Assembly (NCBI GenBank): GCA_047495785.1
Contig: JBLDXI010000016.1
Coordinates: 620,001-684,000 of the forward strand
Length of the DNA stretch: 64,000 nt
Origin: Lepidodermella squamata
Taxonomy: Eukaryota > Animalia > Gastrotricha
Direction of reading: 5' to 3'
Shown: piece after piece, positions 62,796 through 64,000 of the stretch
Position numbering within the stretch: position 1 is the first letter of the stretch
How the letters are laid out: each line of letters opens with the position of its first letter
The notes under the pieces: generated by a model
What the model saw: only the letters and a program-made list of their open reading frames with translations
The model's database searches: none
Told to the model about the DNA's origin: nothing
Made by a program: the position numbers and the translations under genes

Positions 62796-64000
62796 ACTCT
62801 CGAAAATAAAAACTCGTGCATATATATCTGGGCGAACCCGGGTAGTTTCCCTTTTTAATTGCAGATCCTGTGATAATTGCTGCCTTCCTTTTCTATAGAA
62901 ACCTCTAACGGAGGCGTGGAAGCGTTGGCAGCTAAGGTCACGCGCATGTTTTCGATCAACCGTTAGGTATGTGGATCCGACTCCGGCTCGTGAATTTTTT
63001 TTCAACTTAACGACTTGGTGTCACGCCTATTCACAACAAAACATTATATTCTTTTGTTTGGTTCGGATGTGGCTATTTATCCTATTTCTGATGAAAAAAT
63101 TGTTTAAGGAAGCGGATGTATGGATATCCTCATAAACCTATCCACTGTTTATGTAGCTTTGGATCAAAACTTTCAGACTGAATATTTTGCAAATTTATTG
63201 GGTACAATAGAAAGAACATTTTAGTTGAAATGGTTTGGAAAATACAATAGGCTGAGCGGTGAGCTAGAAGATGAAACCTTGAGAATGTACTCTCGAACTA
63301 TGAGCATACTCAATTTTGCGAGTTCTTCACGAAAGCGTTGATGATTTTCTGCCAGCGCCTCTCCGACGACATGATGCGGCGAGCAAGCAGCTTGGCCCAA
63401 ATGTAGAACGGATGCGGCGATGCGTTGGCGCAAAGGCTCTTAGCATCATCGTTTGGAAGAATTTCGCGGCAAAGCTTCGCGGCGAGCAGGCGCTCGTTGT
63501 TCGACATTATTTTCAGCAATTTTGATGCAGCTACCAGCTCGCGTTTTGCCACTAGAATCCACACACGTCCTAAAGAAGAAAACTAATGCAATAAAAACAA
63601 CAAATACATAGGATGATAAACTAACGCGCAAGATAGTTTCGTAATCGGATGGTGGATTCGCCCCGTGAAAGGCCTTCGCCGCCACGGTCGCCCATCAGTG
63701 AGCCGATAAGCGTAACCAAAATTGTCCATCGAAAGCACATTTTTAGTATTTTACAGTTACGGTTACTTAACTTTATAGCCTCCTAGGTATGTGCGCAACC
63801 AAAAGATGTTTGTTTCAAATCTATCATGACAAGAGCCGTCAAGCCGCGTATTTGATACGTCTATTAATTATTCGCTAAAATTTGGGCCCATCAGAGACTG
63901 ACAGTAATGTGTACACCTCATCTGGCTAATCATGTCCTAGTTTGACACTCCCTTCACATAGCAGCCAGGGTTTATGGCTGATACGATAAGTTCGTTATAA

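Noticed and set aside
63221-63685. Minus-strand gene at the window end
   Set aside because: The obvious splice gives in-frame stops and no motif was recognised, so it cannot be supported.

Overview
Eukaryotic DNA, probably from an invertebrate animal, with compact introns of mostly 50-70 nt. The backbone is a minus-strand tandem array of one 11-exon gene family. Each member encodes a secreted protein of about 600 aa with two chymotrypsin-fold (S1A) domains: an N-terminal non-catalytic homologue and a C-terminal protease. Two copies look intact and catalytically complete (E 43346-46238, F 52119-54794). One has an open frame but has lost both the catalytic His and Ser (D 34323-41326). Three are pseudogenes (A, C, G), and there are further scraps. 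A plus-strand NEK-like kinase-ankyrin gene (56692-58993) sits inside the array. The array is saturated with nested transposons: a Ty3/Gypsy pol remnant, a solo LTR, LINE and SINE fragments, a MULE, a Helitron with both termini, a hAT-ended element carrying a MULE fragment, CACTA/CMC elements, P-type elements, and piggyBac-like and Tc1/pogo-like MITEs. The most notable observations are the pseudoprotease-protease tandem architecture with S1-pocket diversification (Asp226 paralogues), two conserved GC-AG introns, a 31-bp P-element excision footprint close to a full-ended member of the same family, and a perfect hairpin made from protease coding sequence. All calls are by eye; no searches were run.
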